From NCBI GenBank assembly GCA_028284625.1, contig JANQRH010000008.1:227441-291440 (forward strand): a stretch of 64,000 nt of DNA, in the 5' to 3' direction. The position numbers were made by a program, and so were the translations under genes. Source of the stretch: Afifellaceae bacterium. GTDB taxonomy: Bacteria; Pseudomonadota; Alphaproteobacteria; Rhizobiales; Afifellaceae. Each line of letters opens with the position of its first letter. Position 1 is the first letter of the stretch. The notes under the pieces were generated by a model that saw only the letters and a program-made list of their open reading frames with translations, was not told the DNA's origin and did no database searches. Shown piece after piece: positions 44,205-53,715 of this stretch.

Positions 44205-45086
44205 GTGGAGCGGCAGACGCGTTTTTGGCAGGTCGCGTTACTCGCGCTTCCGCTGACCGTCTTTGCCGTCCTGGTCATCTGGCCGCTGGCCAGTTCGTTC
44301 TATTACGGCTTCACCAATTGGAACGGGTTCAGCTCCGATTACGATTTCGTCGGCCTCGCCAATTTCACGAAAATCTACACCGACGACTTGTTCCGCAACG
44401 CCATCTTCAACACGATCATCTGGATGGTGGCGGCGATCCTGCTGCCGACCTTGCTCGGGCTCGGGTTGGCGCTTCTGATCGACAGCCGCATTCCCGGCGG
44501 AGCAATGTTCAAGTCGATCTTCTATCTGCCGATCTGTCTGTCGGCGATCGTCGTCGGCCAGATCTGGGTGTGGATCTACCAGCCGGATTGGGGGCTCCTG
44601 AATACCGTCATCGCCACGGTTCGCGGCGAGGCGATGAACTTCGCTTGGCTCGCCAAGCCCGACACAGCGCTCGGTTCGGTCATTGTCGCGTGGTCGTGGC
44701 AGCAGACCGGGCTTTCCATGGTGATCTACCTTGCCGGGCTGACGGCGATCTCAGAGGACCTCCTGGAGGTCTGCGAGATGGACGGCGCGTCGACCTGGCA
44801 GCGGCTTCGGCTCGTGGTCATCCCGCTTCTGACGCCGGCGACCGTGGTGGTCGTTGCGCTCAGCGTCATCAACTCACTGAAAGGTTTTGACATCCTCTTC
44901 ATCATGACGGGCGGCGGGCCGTTCAACAGCTCCGATACGCTCGCCATGCATATGTACAACGAGTCGTTCAAGAAGTACCTGATGGGTTATGGCAGCGCGA
45001 TATCGGTCGTTCTCTTCCTCATCGCGCTCACCATCATCAGCATCTATTTCCGGCAGCTCAAACGGGTCGACGAGATCTATGGCTGA
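44205..45086 (+). CDS. CUT1 ABC transporter permease (MalF/UgpA-like)
   Basis: Six TM segments and an EAA-like loop (EVCEMDGASTWQRLRLVVIPLL). Confidence 0.85.
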   Translation: MERQTRFWQVALLALPLTVFAVLVIWPLASSFYYGFTNWNGFSSDYDFVGLANFTKIYTDDLFRNAIFNTIIWMVAAILLPTLLGLGLALLIDSRIPGGAMFKSIFYLPICLSAIVVGQIWVWIYQPDWGLLNTVIATVRGEAMNFAWLAKPDTALGSVIVAWSWQQTGLSMVIYLAGLTAISEDLLEVCEMDGASTWQRLRLVVIPLLTPATVVVVALSVINSLKGFDILFIMTGGGPFNSSDTLAMHMYNESFKKYLMGYGSAISVVLFLIALTIISIYFRQLKRVDEIYG

Positions 45087-45963
45087 CGCGCGCGCCATCT
45101 CGACCCGCGACACCGCCATACCGGATGCGGCGGACAAGCCGTTCGATCCGTGGCCTGTGGTGATCTTCATCGCGCTGGTCTGTCTTGCGGTGCTGTTCTT
45201 GACGCCGACGGTCGGCGTGCTCCTGTCGTCGGTAAAGACGACGCGCGAGATTGCGCTTGGCGAGCTGTGGTCGATCCCGTCCGCGCTTTATCTGGGCAAC
45301 TTCACCGAAGTGCTGAACAACCCGGCGGTTCACCGCTATCTGGTCAACACGCTGCTCGTGACGGCCCCGGCGACGATCGCGTCGATCGCGCTTGGCGTGC
45401 TTGCCGGCTATGTCTTCGCCAAGCTGCCGTTTCGCGGCAGCAATCTGCTTTTCCTGGTGATCGTGTCGGGGATGTTCTTCCCGCCGCAGGTCATCTTGAT
45501 CCCGCTCTTCAGGCTGTTCAATGCGGTCGGTCTGATCGACACGCTGTGGCCGATTATTCTGGTCCACACTGCGCTTGGCATTCCGATTTGCACGTTGTTG
45601 ATGCGGAACTTCTTCGCCACCGTGCCGACGGCGCTCCGCGAAGCGGCTATCATCGAGGGGGCCAACGAGTGGCAGGTGCTGACGAAGGTCGCGCTGCCGA
45701 TCAGCCTGCCGGCGCTAGCAGTCTTGGCGACGCTTCAGTTCACGTGGATCTGGAACGACTTTCTCTGGCCGCTGATCTTCACGCAATCGGACGAGAAGCG
45801 CACCATCATGCTGGGGCTCGTCAATATGAAGGGCCAGTATTCGGTGGCGTGGGGCGTGCAGGGCGCGCTGTCGCTGATCGCCAGCCTGCCGACGCTGATC
45901 GTCTTCCTCTTCTTCCAGCGCTATTTCATCAAGGGCATGACGATGGGCGCGGTGAAGGGCTGA
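45079..45963 (+). CDS. CUT1 ABC transporter permease (MalG/UgpE-like); track over-extends to 44989
   Basis: The ATG at 45079 overlaps the upstream stop (ATGGCTGA). EAA loop EAAIIEGANEWQVLTKVALP. Confidence 0.85.
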   Translation: MADARAISTRDTAIPDAADKPFDPWPVVIFIALVCLAVLFLTPTVGVLLSSVKTTREIALGELWSIPSALYLGNFTEVLNNPAVHRYLVNTLLVTAPATIASIALGVLAGYVFAKLPFRGSNLLFLVIVSGMFFPPQVILIPLFRLFNAVGLIDTLWPIILVHTALGIPICTLLMRNFFATVPTALREAAIIEGANEWQVLTKVALPISLPALAVLATLQFTWIWNDFLWPLIFTQSDEKRTIMLGLVNMKGQYSVAWGVQGALSLIASLPTLIVFLFFQRYFIKGMTMGAVKG

Positions 45964-46011
45964 GACTCACGAGCCGCTGCATGTCGTTGTCGCCGTGACA
46001 TTTTTTGCCGC

Positions 46012-46800
46012 CTATTCCGGCTCGATCGAGAGATTACCGCCCTCCGGCAATATCTGGCCGCCGTCCACGATGATTGTCGTGCCGGTGACATAGGCGCCGA
46101 GATCGGATGCCAGGAACAGGCACGCCTTACCGATGTCATGCGGCGTGCCGAGCCGGCCAAGCGGGATGGAGGCCTCCATCTGCTTGATGAAGGTGTCGCT
46201 GCGTGCTTCCTTCATACCCTCGGTGAGGATGTTGCCCGGCTCAACGCCGTTGACGGTGATTCCCCATTGCGCGAATTCCAGCGCGGCGGCCCGGATGAAC
46301 CCGTTGATGCCGGCCTTTGACGCCGAATAATGCCCGTGTCCGGGGCTGGAGACGCGCGGGCCGGTGATCGATGAGGTGAAGACCATTCGCCCGCCACCGC
46401 GTGAGCGCATGGCCGGCAGGCAGGCCTGCGCGGAGACGAAGCAGCCACGCAGGTTCACCGCGAGCACGTTGTCCCATTCGTCGACGGAGATGTGCTCGAT
46501 CGTCGTCCACGGAAAGATGCCGGCGTTCTGCACCAGGATGTCGACTCCGCCGAACGCGTCTTCGGCTTGCTTCACGGCCGCTTCGCATTGCGCCTTGTCG
46601 GAAACGTCGAGTGCTGCGGATATGTGGTCGGCGCCGAGCCGTGCGGCCGTTTCTTTGGCCTTGTCGCCGTCTCGGTCGGCGACGAGAACACGCGCGCCTG
46701 CTCCGGCAAAGATCTCCGCGATACCGGCGCCGATGCCGCGCGCTGCGCCGATGACGATTGCTGATTTGCCCTTCAGAAGTGCGTCCACGTTTCTGCCCAC
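46012..46800 (-). CDS. SDR family oxidoreductase
   Basis: GAARGIG cofactor motif, NAG and the YSASK catalytic motif. Confidence 0.85.
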   Translation of the reverse strand: MGRNVDALLKGKSAIVIGAARGIGAGIAEIFAGAGARVLVADRDGDKAKETAARLGADHISAALDVSDKAQCEAAVKQAEDAFGGVDILVQNAGIFPWTTIEHISVDEWDNVLAVNLRGCFVSAQACLPAMRSRGGGRMVFTSSITGPRVSSPGHGHYSASKAGINGFIRAAALEFAQWGITVNGVEPGNILTEGMKEARSDTFIKQMEASIPLGRLGTPHDIGKACLFLASDLGAYVTGTTIIVDGGQILPEGGNLSIEPE

Positions 46801-46827
46801 CCGTCTCTTTCTGTCGCTCTTCGTTCG

Positions 46828-48030
46828 TTAGTCAGGCCACGCCAACCGCCGCGCCATGGCGCTTTGCCTTAGCTCGGTGAGCGTTTGCTCGCCAGCGTCT
46901 GATTCTCCGGCGCCTTCGGCCTCCTGCCGCAATCGTTCGGCGACAATCTCCGCTTCGCCCTGATGCAAATTGCAGGGGTCGAGCTCAAAGCAGTTTCGAT
47001 CGAGAAACTCGTTGCGCACGATCACCGGCGGGTCGCCTTGAGCGAGCCGGGCGGCGAATGTCGCAGCCGCATTGCTGTCGCCCTGAAACTCCAGGCGTAA
47101 CCGCTGGATCGGATTGTCGGTCGGGTCGTCGATCAGATGGGTCTTGATGGCGTTGTACGGCGCCACGGCCTCGCGCCAGAGCGTAACCGCATGCTGCTGC
47201 GCGACCCACTCGGCTTGGGCGTCGCGTGTGGCCCAGGCCTCAAGCGCGGCGATTGTGCCGGCGATCCCCTCCTTGCCGACTTTCATGCCACGGCCTATGC
47301 CGGCGCTTTGCAGATAAGCGGCGCGCACCAGCGGCTTCTTGCCGGCAACGATACCACCGGTCATGCCGCCGAGCGCCTTGTGGGCGCTGTAAATCGCAAT
47401 ATCGGCGCCATCGGACAGGAAGCCGCTGAGGTCCATTTCCGCCGCCGCATCCACAATGACCGGCACATTGGCGGCCCGACAGATGCGGACGCATTCGCTG
47501 AGCGGAATCTGGCCGTGCTGGATGGTCTGATGGGAGACGACGAAGAGCATCGCGGCGATGCTTTCATCCAATGCAGCGGTTAGTTGGTCGGGCCGCGCCT
47601 CGTTGACGCTGCCGATCGTTTTGATCCGCGCGCCGGTCAGCCGCACCGCCTGATCGATCGGCGCGCTGTAATGACAAAGGTGCCCGAGTTGAACGACGAC
47701 CATGTCGCGCAATCCGGTTGTGTCGGGGAGAGCCTCAATCGCGGCGAGGTTCGCGCCGGTCATGGCGCCTGCGACGCTGATCGACACACCGGCGGACGCG
47801 CACGCGGTGACGCATCCCGCCTCCGCGCCGGTGGCTTTGGCAATCGCCTGGCTCGCCCGCCGCTGCAGGTCGTCGATCTCGACGAAGTGCGGAAGAATCT
47901 CCGCCACGGCTTCAATCACCTCCGGTTTGGCGATCGAGGCGCCGAGGCTTGTCATGTTTCCGGCGACATTGATGACGCGCCGCACGCCAAGCTTGTCGCG
48001 GGGGTCGGTCGGCGATACGCGAGGTTGCAC
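46828..48030 (-). CDS. SelA-like PLP-dependent enzyme (D-glucosaminate-6-phosphate ammonia-lyase DgaE-like family)
   Basis: RVINVAGNMTSLG, VPVIVDAAAE, the YSAHKALGG lysine motif and GIGRGMKVGKE are typical of the SelA-related family as I recall it. Confidence 0.6.
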   Translation of the reverse strand: MQPRVSPTDPRDKLGVRRVINVAGNMTSLGASIAKPEVIEAVAEILPHFVEIDDLQRRASQAIAKATGAEAGCVTACASAGVSISVAGAMTGANLAAIEALPDTTGLRDMVVVQLGHLCHYSAPIDQAVRLTGARIKTIGSVNEARPDQLTAALDESIAAMLFVVSHQTIQHGQIPLSECVRICRAANVPVIVDAAAEMDLSGFLSDGADIAIYSAHKALGGMTGGIVAGKKPLVRAAYLQSAGIGRGMKVGKEGIAGTIAALEAWATRDAQAEWVAQQHAVTLWREAVAPYNAIKTHLIDDPTDNPIQRLRLEFQGDSNAAATFAARLAQGDPPVIVRNEFLDRNCFELDPCNLHQGEAEIVAERLRQEAEGAGESDAGEQTLTELRQSAMARRLAWPD

Positions 48031-48148
48031 TTGTGCCGTCCTTTCGCTGTCAGTCGTCAGGACATCTTACTTCAAATGCCTGGCAGCGCGCTTTGTAAGA
48101 TGCTCAAATCCCATGTTCGCGTTTGGCCGAGCGGCCGGGGAGGGGAGC

Positions 48149-49570
48149 ATGGACGCCTTTGGTTCGTATGATGCGCTGGGCCTGGCGGCCCTGGTCAAGG
48201 CCGGGGAGGTGACGCCTCTGGAACTGGTCGACATGGCCATTGAGCGTATCGAGGCGATCAATCCGCAGCTCAATGCGGTGGTCCAGAAATATTATGACGA
48301 AGCAAGGCGGCAGGCGGCGGAGGGTGTGCCGGACGGTCCCTTCAAAGGCGTGCCCTATCTCATGAAAGAGGTCGCAACGACCTGGGCCGGCGTGCCGCAG
48401 ACCAATTGCAGTCCGTTCTTCAAGGATAATGTGGCGTCCGCCGATTCTGAGATCGTGGCGCGGATCAGGCGCGCCGGCTTCATCCTTGTCGGCTCCACCA
48501 ACGCGCCGGAGCTTGGCTGGGCTCTGACCAGCGAATGCGATTTGTTCGGGCGGGCGAGCAATCCTTGGCGTGAAGGGATATCGCCGGGCGGCTCAAGCGG
48601 CGGCGCCGCATCGGCGGTCGCTTCGCGCATGGTTCCGCTTGCCGAAGCAAGCGACGGCGCCGGCTCCATTCGCTGTCCGGCGTCGCAGTGCGGTCTGTTC
48701 GGGCTGAAGCCGGCGCGTGGGCGCATGACGGTCGGTCCGGTGAATGCCGATTTCACCTATGGCGGCGTGTACTTTCTTTGCGTGACGCGCACCGTTCGCG
48801 ATAGCGCGGCGTTTCTCGATGCGACGGCAGGTGCGCTGCCGGGCGAGCCCTACAATACGCCGCCGCCGGCTCGGCCCTGGCTGGAGGAGGTCGGCGCCGA
48901 TCCCGGCCGCCTGCGTGTCGGGTTCACAGTGACGGCGCCGCACGGCGTGCACGAAGAGGCGGCGACCGCCGTCAAGAACACCGCGCGGCTTCTTGAAGAG
49001 CTCGGGCATGACGTGGAGGAGCACGACCTTGCCATCGACATTGACGCGGCGTGGCGCGCCTATTCGCAGGTCATTGTCGTGCAGATGGCGGGCTGGCTGA
49101 GCGACCGGGCCGAGGAGCTCGGCCGCGATCCGACCGTGGACGACGTGACGGCGACCACGCTTGCCACGCTTCAGCGCGGCCGGGCGATGAGCGCGGTGGA
49201 ACACGCGCGGGACGTCGAAACGATCCGCCGCTTCTCGCGGGCGATCGCTATGGATCTCTCCGATTACGACGTGTTCCTTACGCCGACCTTGACGCATCCG
49301 CCGAGGCCATTCGGCCATTGGGACATGTCGGAGCCCGACCTTGATCGCTATCACGCCATATGGAGCGACGGCTCGTATCTGTTCCTGTTCAACGTGTCGG
49401 GCCAGCCGGCCATGTCGGTGCCGTTGCATTGGTCGGCGGATGGTCTGCCCGTCGGCGTCCAGTTCGTCGGGCGCCCCTGCGATGAGGCGACGCTGATCCG
49501 TGTCGCGGCGCAGGTGGAGGCGGCACAGCCGTGGATCGACCGGCGGCCGCCGATCTGCGCTTTGCCGTGA
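48149..49570 (+). CDS. amidase (amidase-signature family); track over-extends to 47702
   Basis: ATG at 48149 with a GGGGAGGGGA RBS. AS signature GGSSGGAASAVAS and the catalytic Ser context GSIRCPAS. Confidence 0.85.
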   Translation: MDAFGSYDALGLAALVKAGEVTPLELVDMAIERIEAINPQLNAVVQKYYDEARRQAAEGVPDGPFKGVPYLMKEVATTWAGVPQTNCSPFFKDNVASADSEIVARIRRAGFILVGSTNAPELGWALTSECDLFGRASNPWREGISPGGSSGGAASAVASRMVPLAEASDGAGSIRCPASQCGLFGLKPARGRMTVGPVNADFTYGGVYFLCVTRTVRDSAAFLDATAGALPGEPYNTPPPARPWLEEVGADPGRLRVGFTVTAPHGVHEEAATAVKNTARLLEELGHDVEEHDLAIDIDAAWRAYSQVIVVQMAGWLSDRAEELGRDPTVDDVTATTLATLQRGRAMSAVEHARDVETIRRFSRAIAMDLSDYDVFLTPTLTHPPRPFGHWDMSEPDLDRYHAIWSDGSYLFLFNVSGQPAMSVPLHWSADGLPVGVQFVGRPCDEATLIRVAAQVEAAQPWIDRRPPICALP

Positions 49571-49595
49571 TCAGCGCTGGCTTGGTTGAAGGCCT

Positions 49596-51170
49596 TTAGC
49601 CGAAGGCTGTGTCCGCAACAGCGAAGATTTCGTGTTCGTCGCGGACGTTGCGCAATTTGCGCACGCCAAGGGAGCTGAGGTTAGCCGGCGCGCGGCCGGC
49701 GATCTCACCTGAAAGCAGCAGAGACTGGCCGAGCTCCTTGCATAACGCGCTAAGCCTGGCGGCGACGTTTGCGGCTTGACCTGTGACCGTGAAATCAAGC
49801 CGTCGCGAAGCGCCGACATTGCCGTACATGAGGTCACCGAAATGCACGCCGATGGCGCATTGGACCGAAATCCCGTCGGCGCGCGGCGGAACGGCCGCGA
49901 TTTCGGCAATGATGGCTTCGGCTGCGGCGCGCGCCTTGCTGCAGGCGGAGCAAATGGCATCCTCGCTGGCCTCGGCGTCTTCCAGCGGAAAGATCGCCAG
50001 CACTGCGTCGCCGATGAATTTCAGCACCTCGCCACCACCGGCAAGTACCGGCTCCACTGTGCGCTCAAAGAAGTCGTTGAGGAGCTCCAGATAGTTTTGG
50101 CGCGATAGGGCTTCAGCCAGGGACGTGGAGTCGCGAAGGTCGCAATAGAGCACCGCAGCCCGGATCACCTGACCTGCTCCGCGTTGCGTCCGCCCACCGA
50201 GGACCTGTCGGCCGGTGCGTTCACCGAGATAAGTGTCGAATAGCACGGAGGCGTCGCGCCTCAGTGTCATCACCTCATAGAAGCGACCCAGTACGGGAAA
50301 CGATTCAAACGCCTGACCGAGTTGGGCGGTGGTGAAGCCGTCCGGATGGTCGGTGGCCATGGTCATGGTTTGAAAGCGGCCATCGGAGAAGGGCAGCGGA
50401 ATGGCGACGTAGTCGGTTCCACCGCTGGCGCGAAGCTGTTCAAGGATCGGGAAGCGAAACTCCGGTTCCTCGACGTCCAAACGCTGGCGAACGCCGCCGA
50501 GGCCTTCGCTGACAAAGCGAACCGGACTGTTGCGGTAGGCGGGGCTTTGCAGGATGCCGTGCGGCGTGTCGCTTTCCTCCACCACGCCGGTGTCGCGCGT
50601 CCACGAGAAGCGTTGGCCAGCTATCTCCGGGTGGAGCGTCCAAAGATTGATTGTGAAGCGCCAAAGCGGAACGCCGGCGGCGAGGAGTTGTTTAGCAAAC
50701 TCTGCTGTCAGCTCGGCGGGCGTCTTGCATTGCCACGCCTTCAGCATCAGCCAATCGACCAGCGGCCGCCCGCCCACGAACTCAACCGGGGCCGGCGGCA
50801 GTGGCGGCTCTGCATGGACTTCAGTGAAGCGGTTATCGAAGGTGACATGACCGCCTACGCCTGCCGCTTCCGACAACGGCTTTTCGTAGCTCCAAGCTGC
50901 GTTTTCAATCGTGCCGCCCGGGAGCGTGAGGTGCCAGTGGCTCGCAGTGCCCTTGAAGGGACAGAACGTGCGGTAGTCAGAGGCAACGAGGAGGCCGTCC
51001 GCCACGTCAGATTTGGGGACGTAATAAATCGGAGGAAAATAGGTTTCGCTCAGCAGCATTGCGGCCGAACTGTCGGCGATCGTTTGGCCACCAGCGGTTA
51101 CGCGCACGCGCCGCTCTGCCGGTTTGATGGCGATGCGGTAGTTCTGGTCGTGCTCGCTCGCTCGCTGCAC
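49596..51170 (-). CDS. DUF427 domain - regulatory domain - class III adenylate/guanylate cyclase fusion protein
   Basis: The N-terminus carries DUF427-like motifs (YYVPKSDV, FCPFKGTASHW, AAWSYE). The C-terminal cyclase carries VLYCDLRDST, GDAVLAIFP, IGVHFGDLMYGNVG and FTVTGQAANVAARL. Confidence 0.75.
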   Translation of the reverse strand: MQRASEHDQNYRIAIKPAERRVRVTAGGQTIADSSAAMLLSETYFPPIYYVPKSDVADGLLVASDYRTFCPFKGTASHWHLTLPGGTIENAAWSYEKPLSEAAGVGGHVTFDNRFTEVHAEPPLPPAPVEFVGGRPLVDWLMLKAWQCKTPAELTAEFAKQLLAAGVPLWRFTINLWTLHPEIAGQRFSWTRDTGVVEESDTPHGILQSPAYRNSPVRFVSEGLGGVRQRLDVEEPEFRFPILEQLRASGGTDYVAIPLPFSDGRFQTMTMATDHPDGFTTAQLGQAFESFPVLGRFYEVMTLRRDASVLFDTYLGERTGRQVLGGRTQRGAGQVIRAAVLYCDLRDSTSLAEALSRQNYLELLNDFFERTVEPVLAGGGEVLKFIGDAVLAIFPLEDAEASEDAICSACSKARAAAEAIIAEIAAVPPRADGISVQCAIGVHFGDLMYGNVGASRRLDFTVTGQAANVAARLSALCKELGQSLLLSGEIAGRAPANLSSLGVRKLRNVRDEHEIFAVADTAFG

Positions 51171-51334
51171 GTTGTCCTCAGCCGTCGTCGGAAGCTGATG
51201 CGCTATATGGCGCGCTTCACTGAGATTCCCAACAGAATCTCAACCGATCCGCGACAATCCGACGGAAGCTTTAAGGTTAAGCCCCCAGTTCGTTTGATTA
51301 TTTCGGAAGGAGATGGCTAACCAAAGCAATCCGT

Positions 51335-52597
51335 ATGCGGCGGAGGTGCGACCTGGTGAAGAGCTCTCAACAGGTGGATTGCTTCAATTCCCGACCAGCT
51401 GTGCTGCTGTTGGGAAACTATCGGCCAACATTGGCGATTGCGCGCGCGCTTCAGCCGCTCGGATATTCTATCGTGGTGGCGGGTGAAGGCGGAGAGGGCG
51501 CAGCGGAGCATTCCCGCCACGTCGATCGCATCATGCCGGCCGGCGACCTTGAACGCGGCGCCCTGCCGGCTTGGCTTACCGACGGCGCGAAGCTGTCGAA
51601 GGCTGGCATCGACATGGTGATTCCCGTGACGGAGGCCGCCTCGCGCAAACTCGCAGCAAACGCGTCATCTCTCAGCGCCGATATCACATGGGTGACGCCG
51701 TCGGCGGAGGCCGTGCAGGCGTGCCTCGACAAGCCGGGCATGTTTGCCCGCTGCCAATCGCTGGGCGTACCCACGGAGCCGTTCGCCAACACGACCAGCC
51801 GAGACCTTTCGGACGCAATCGACTCCGTCGGCCTGCCATGCGTCATACGTCCGTTGGATTCTACGCGCCGCATCGGCGGCGAGAAGGCGATCTTCGTTGA
51901 GACGCGCGCCGACCTTGAGGCCGAGGCGCTCAACGCGTTGCCGCCGAGCGAGCCGCTGGTCTTGCAGCGCAAGGCCTCCGGCACGCGCCACAATCTTTAT
52001 TTCGCCTCCGCTGAAGGCCGGTTGGTGGGTGTCTGCGAGGCGCGCATCGACCGCACTGACCGGGCGGATGGAAGCGGGTTGGCGGTTGAGGGCGTCACGC
52101 TTGCGCCCAACGCCGATCTCGTCCGTTGGACAGAGGCGCTGACGCAGTCGCTCGCCTATACCGGGATCGGCTGTGCGCAGTTTCTCGTCGATGCCCGGTC
52201 GGGCGCGACCATGTTTCTGGAAATCAATCCGCGCGTTCCCGGCAACCACGCGATTGCCGAAGCGGCCGGTCTGCCTCTGGCGCGGCTGAGTGTCGATCTG
52301 GCGAGCGGGCGGGCCATGCCGGAGGAGCCGATCGTTGGCCGGGCCGGCCTGCGCTTTGCGTGGACTTATGGCGATCTGCGTGGCTTGCGCGAAGCCATCC
52401 GCAGCCGAAGCATCACCTTCGGTGCGGCGCTCACCTGGCTTGCACGGGCCGGTGCCATGGCGCTTAAGGCCGATATTCACATGACCTGGTCTTGGTCAGA
52501 CCCGCGGCCGACTTTGGTGTTGTTTGCGCGGCAATTGGGCGGCTTGCGGCTGATGTCGCGTCGCAGGGCGGCGCTCATCATGGATGGGGCTCCCTGA
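51335..52597 (+). CDS. ATP-grasp domain protein (carboxylate-amine ligase-like)
   Basis: ATP-grasp hallmarks: PCVIRPLDS, LVLQRKASG and LEINPRVPGNH (E-x-N-x-R). Confidence 0.7.
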   Translation: MRRRCDLVKSSQQVDCFNSRPAVLLLGNYRPTLAIARALQPLGYSIVVAGEGGEGAAEHSRHVDRIMPAGDLERGALPAWLTDGAKLSKAGIDMVIPVTEAASRKLAANASSLSADITWVTPSAEAVQACLDKPGMFARCQSLGVPTEPFANTTSRDLSDAIDSVGLPCVIRPLDSTRRIGGEKAIFVETRADLEAEALNALPPSEPLVLQRKASGTRHNLYFASAEGRLVGVCEARIDRTDRADGSGLAVEGVTLAPNADLVRWTEALTQSLAYTGIGCAQFLVDARSGATMFLEINPRVPGNHAIAEAAGLPLARLSVDLASGRAMPEEPIVGRAGLRFAWTYGDLRGLREAIRSRSITFGAALTWLARAGAMALKADIHMTWSWSDPRPTLVLFARQLGGLRLMSRRRAALIMDGAP

Positions 52598-52599
52598 CC

Positions 52600-53715
52600 A
52601 TGGCCACGGCAACCGCTCCAGCGCTGGTCAGCGACACGTACGACCTGGCGATTCCGGCTGCCAGAGCCGGCGTTGCGCTGACGATCGTGCCGCACGAGAC
52701 CTGGGATAGTGAGCTCTCGCAATTTGCCGACGCAAGCTACGACCAGACGGCTGCCTTCGCGGCGGCCAAGCGGGGCAGTGAGCGCGTGGTTACGTGCCAG
52801 GTTCACCAGCGCGGCACCCTTATCGGCGGTGCGGTGGCGACGCGGTTTGCTCTGCCTGGGCTCCGGACCGGCCTTTACTACGTCAAGTTCGGTCCGGTGT
52901 GGCGTCGCGCCGGCGAAGCGGAATCGTGGACGACCTACACGCACGTTGTCCGCGCCTTGCGCCGTGAGTTTTGCGATCGGCGCGGCAGCCTTCTGACCAT
53001 TGTGCCGCGGCCGAATCCCGAATTTGCTTCTCGCGAAGCGGAGATTCTGGAAGCAGAAGGGTTCAATCGCGATCTCTACGCACCCGACCCCAACCGGTAT
53101 CTGGTCGATCTCAAAGGCCCGCTCGATGCGGCTGCCGGGTTTTCGCAGAAATGGCGGTACAATCTCAAACGCGCTCGCAAGACCGGGCTCAAAGTCGTCG
53201 AGCACGAGGTGAGTGAGGCATACGCGACCTTTGCCGAGTTGCATCGCGTCATGGTGGAGCGGAAGCGCTTTCAGTGTGATGACGCTGTCGAGGCCGTGCC
53301 GCAGCTCGCAGACGTTCTGCCGCGTGCAATGTCTCCCAAGATCTATCTCGCCTATGAGGGTGATCGTGCGGTCGCGGGCGCCGTTATCGGCACGCATGGC
53401 GACATGGCGTGCTACCTCTACGGCGCAAGCAGCGAGGGCGGCGCGGCGCGCAACGCCGGATACCTCCTGCAATGGCATATCATCGAGCAGCTCCGGCAAG
53501 GCGAGCAGCGCTGGTACGATCTCGGCGGTGAAGCGCTCGACCCGGGGCTCCGGCAGTTCAAGCGCGGCCTGGTCGGCCGGCAGGGCGAGATCTTCGCAAC
53601 GCCGGGCGAGTTCAGTTGCTGGACAAGCCCGGTGGCGCGGATGTTCGGCGTCGCGACCTATGCAGCGCGGAGCGCGCGCCTGGCGATGCGGAGCCTTCCA
53701 GGCCGCGGGAAATGA
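52600..53715 (+). CDS. FemAB-family / GNAT-fold aminoacyl(peptidyl)transferase-like protein; track over-extends to 52492
   Basis: The ATG at 52600 lies 2 nt after the upstream stop. FemAB-like features include QKWRYNLKRARKTGLKV, YLAYEGDRAVAGAV and YLYGASS..G....AGYLLQW. Confidence 0.65.
   Translation: MATATAPALVSDTYDLAIPAARAGVALTIVPHETWDSELSQFADASYDQTAAFAAAKRGSERVVTCQVHQRGTLIGGAVATRFALPGLRTGLYYVKFGPVWRRAGEAESWTTYTHVVRALRREFCDRRGSLLTIVPRPNPEFASREAEILEAEGFNRDLYAPDPNRYLVDLKGPLDAAAGFSQKWRYNLKRARKTGLKVVEHEVSEAYATFAELHRVMVERKRFQCDDAVEAVPQLADVLPRAMSPKIYLAYEGDRAVAGAVIGTHGDMACYLYGASSEGGAARNAGYLLQWHIIEQLRQGEQRWYDLGGEALDPGLRQFKRGLVGRQGEIFATPGEFSCWTSPVARMFGVATYAARSARLAMRSLPGRGK

Noticed and set aside
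45983-46006. Possible rho-independent terminator (atgtc...gacat followed by TTTTTT) after the CUT1 permease gene
   Set aside because: The stem is only 5 bp with an 11-nt loop. That is too weak to call.
48081-48096. TGGCAGCGCGCTTTGT resembling a -24/-12 promoter upstream of the amidase gene
   Set aside because: The -12 element lacks the invariant GC at the correct spacing (TTTGT instead of TTGC). No sigma-54 activator is associated with this locus.
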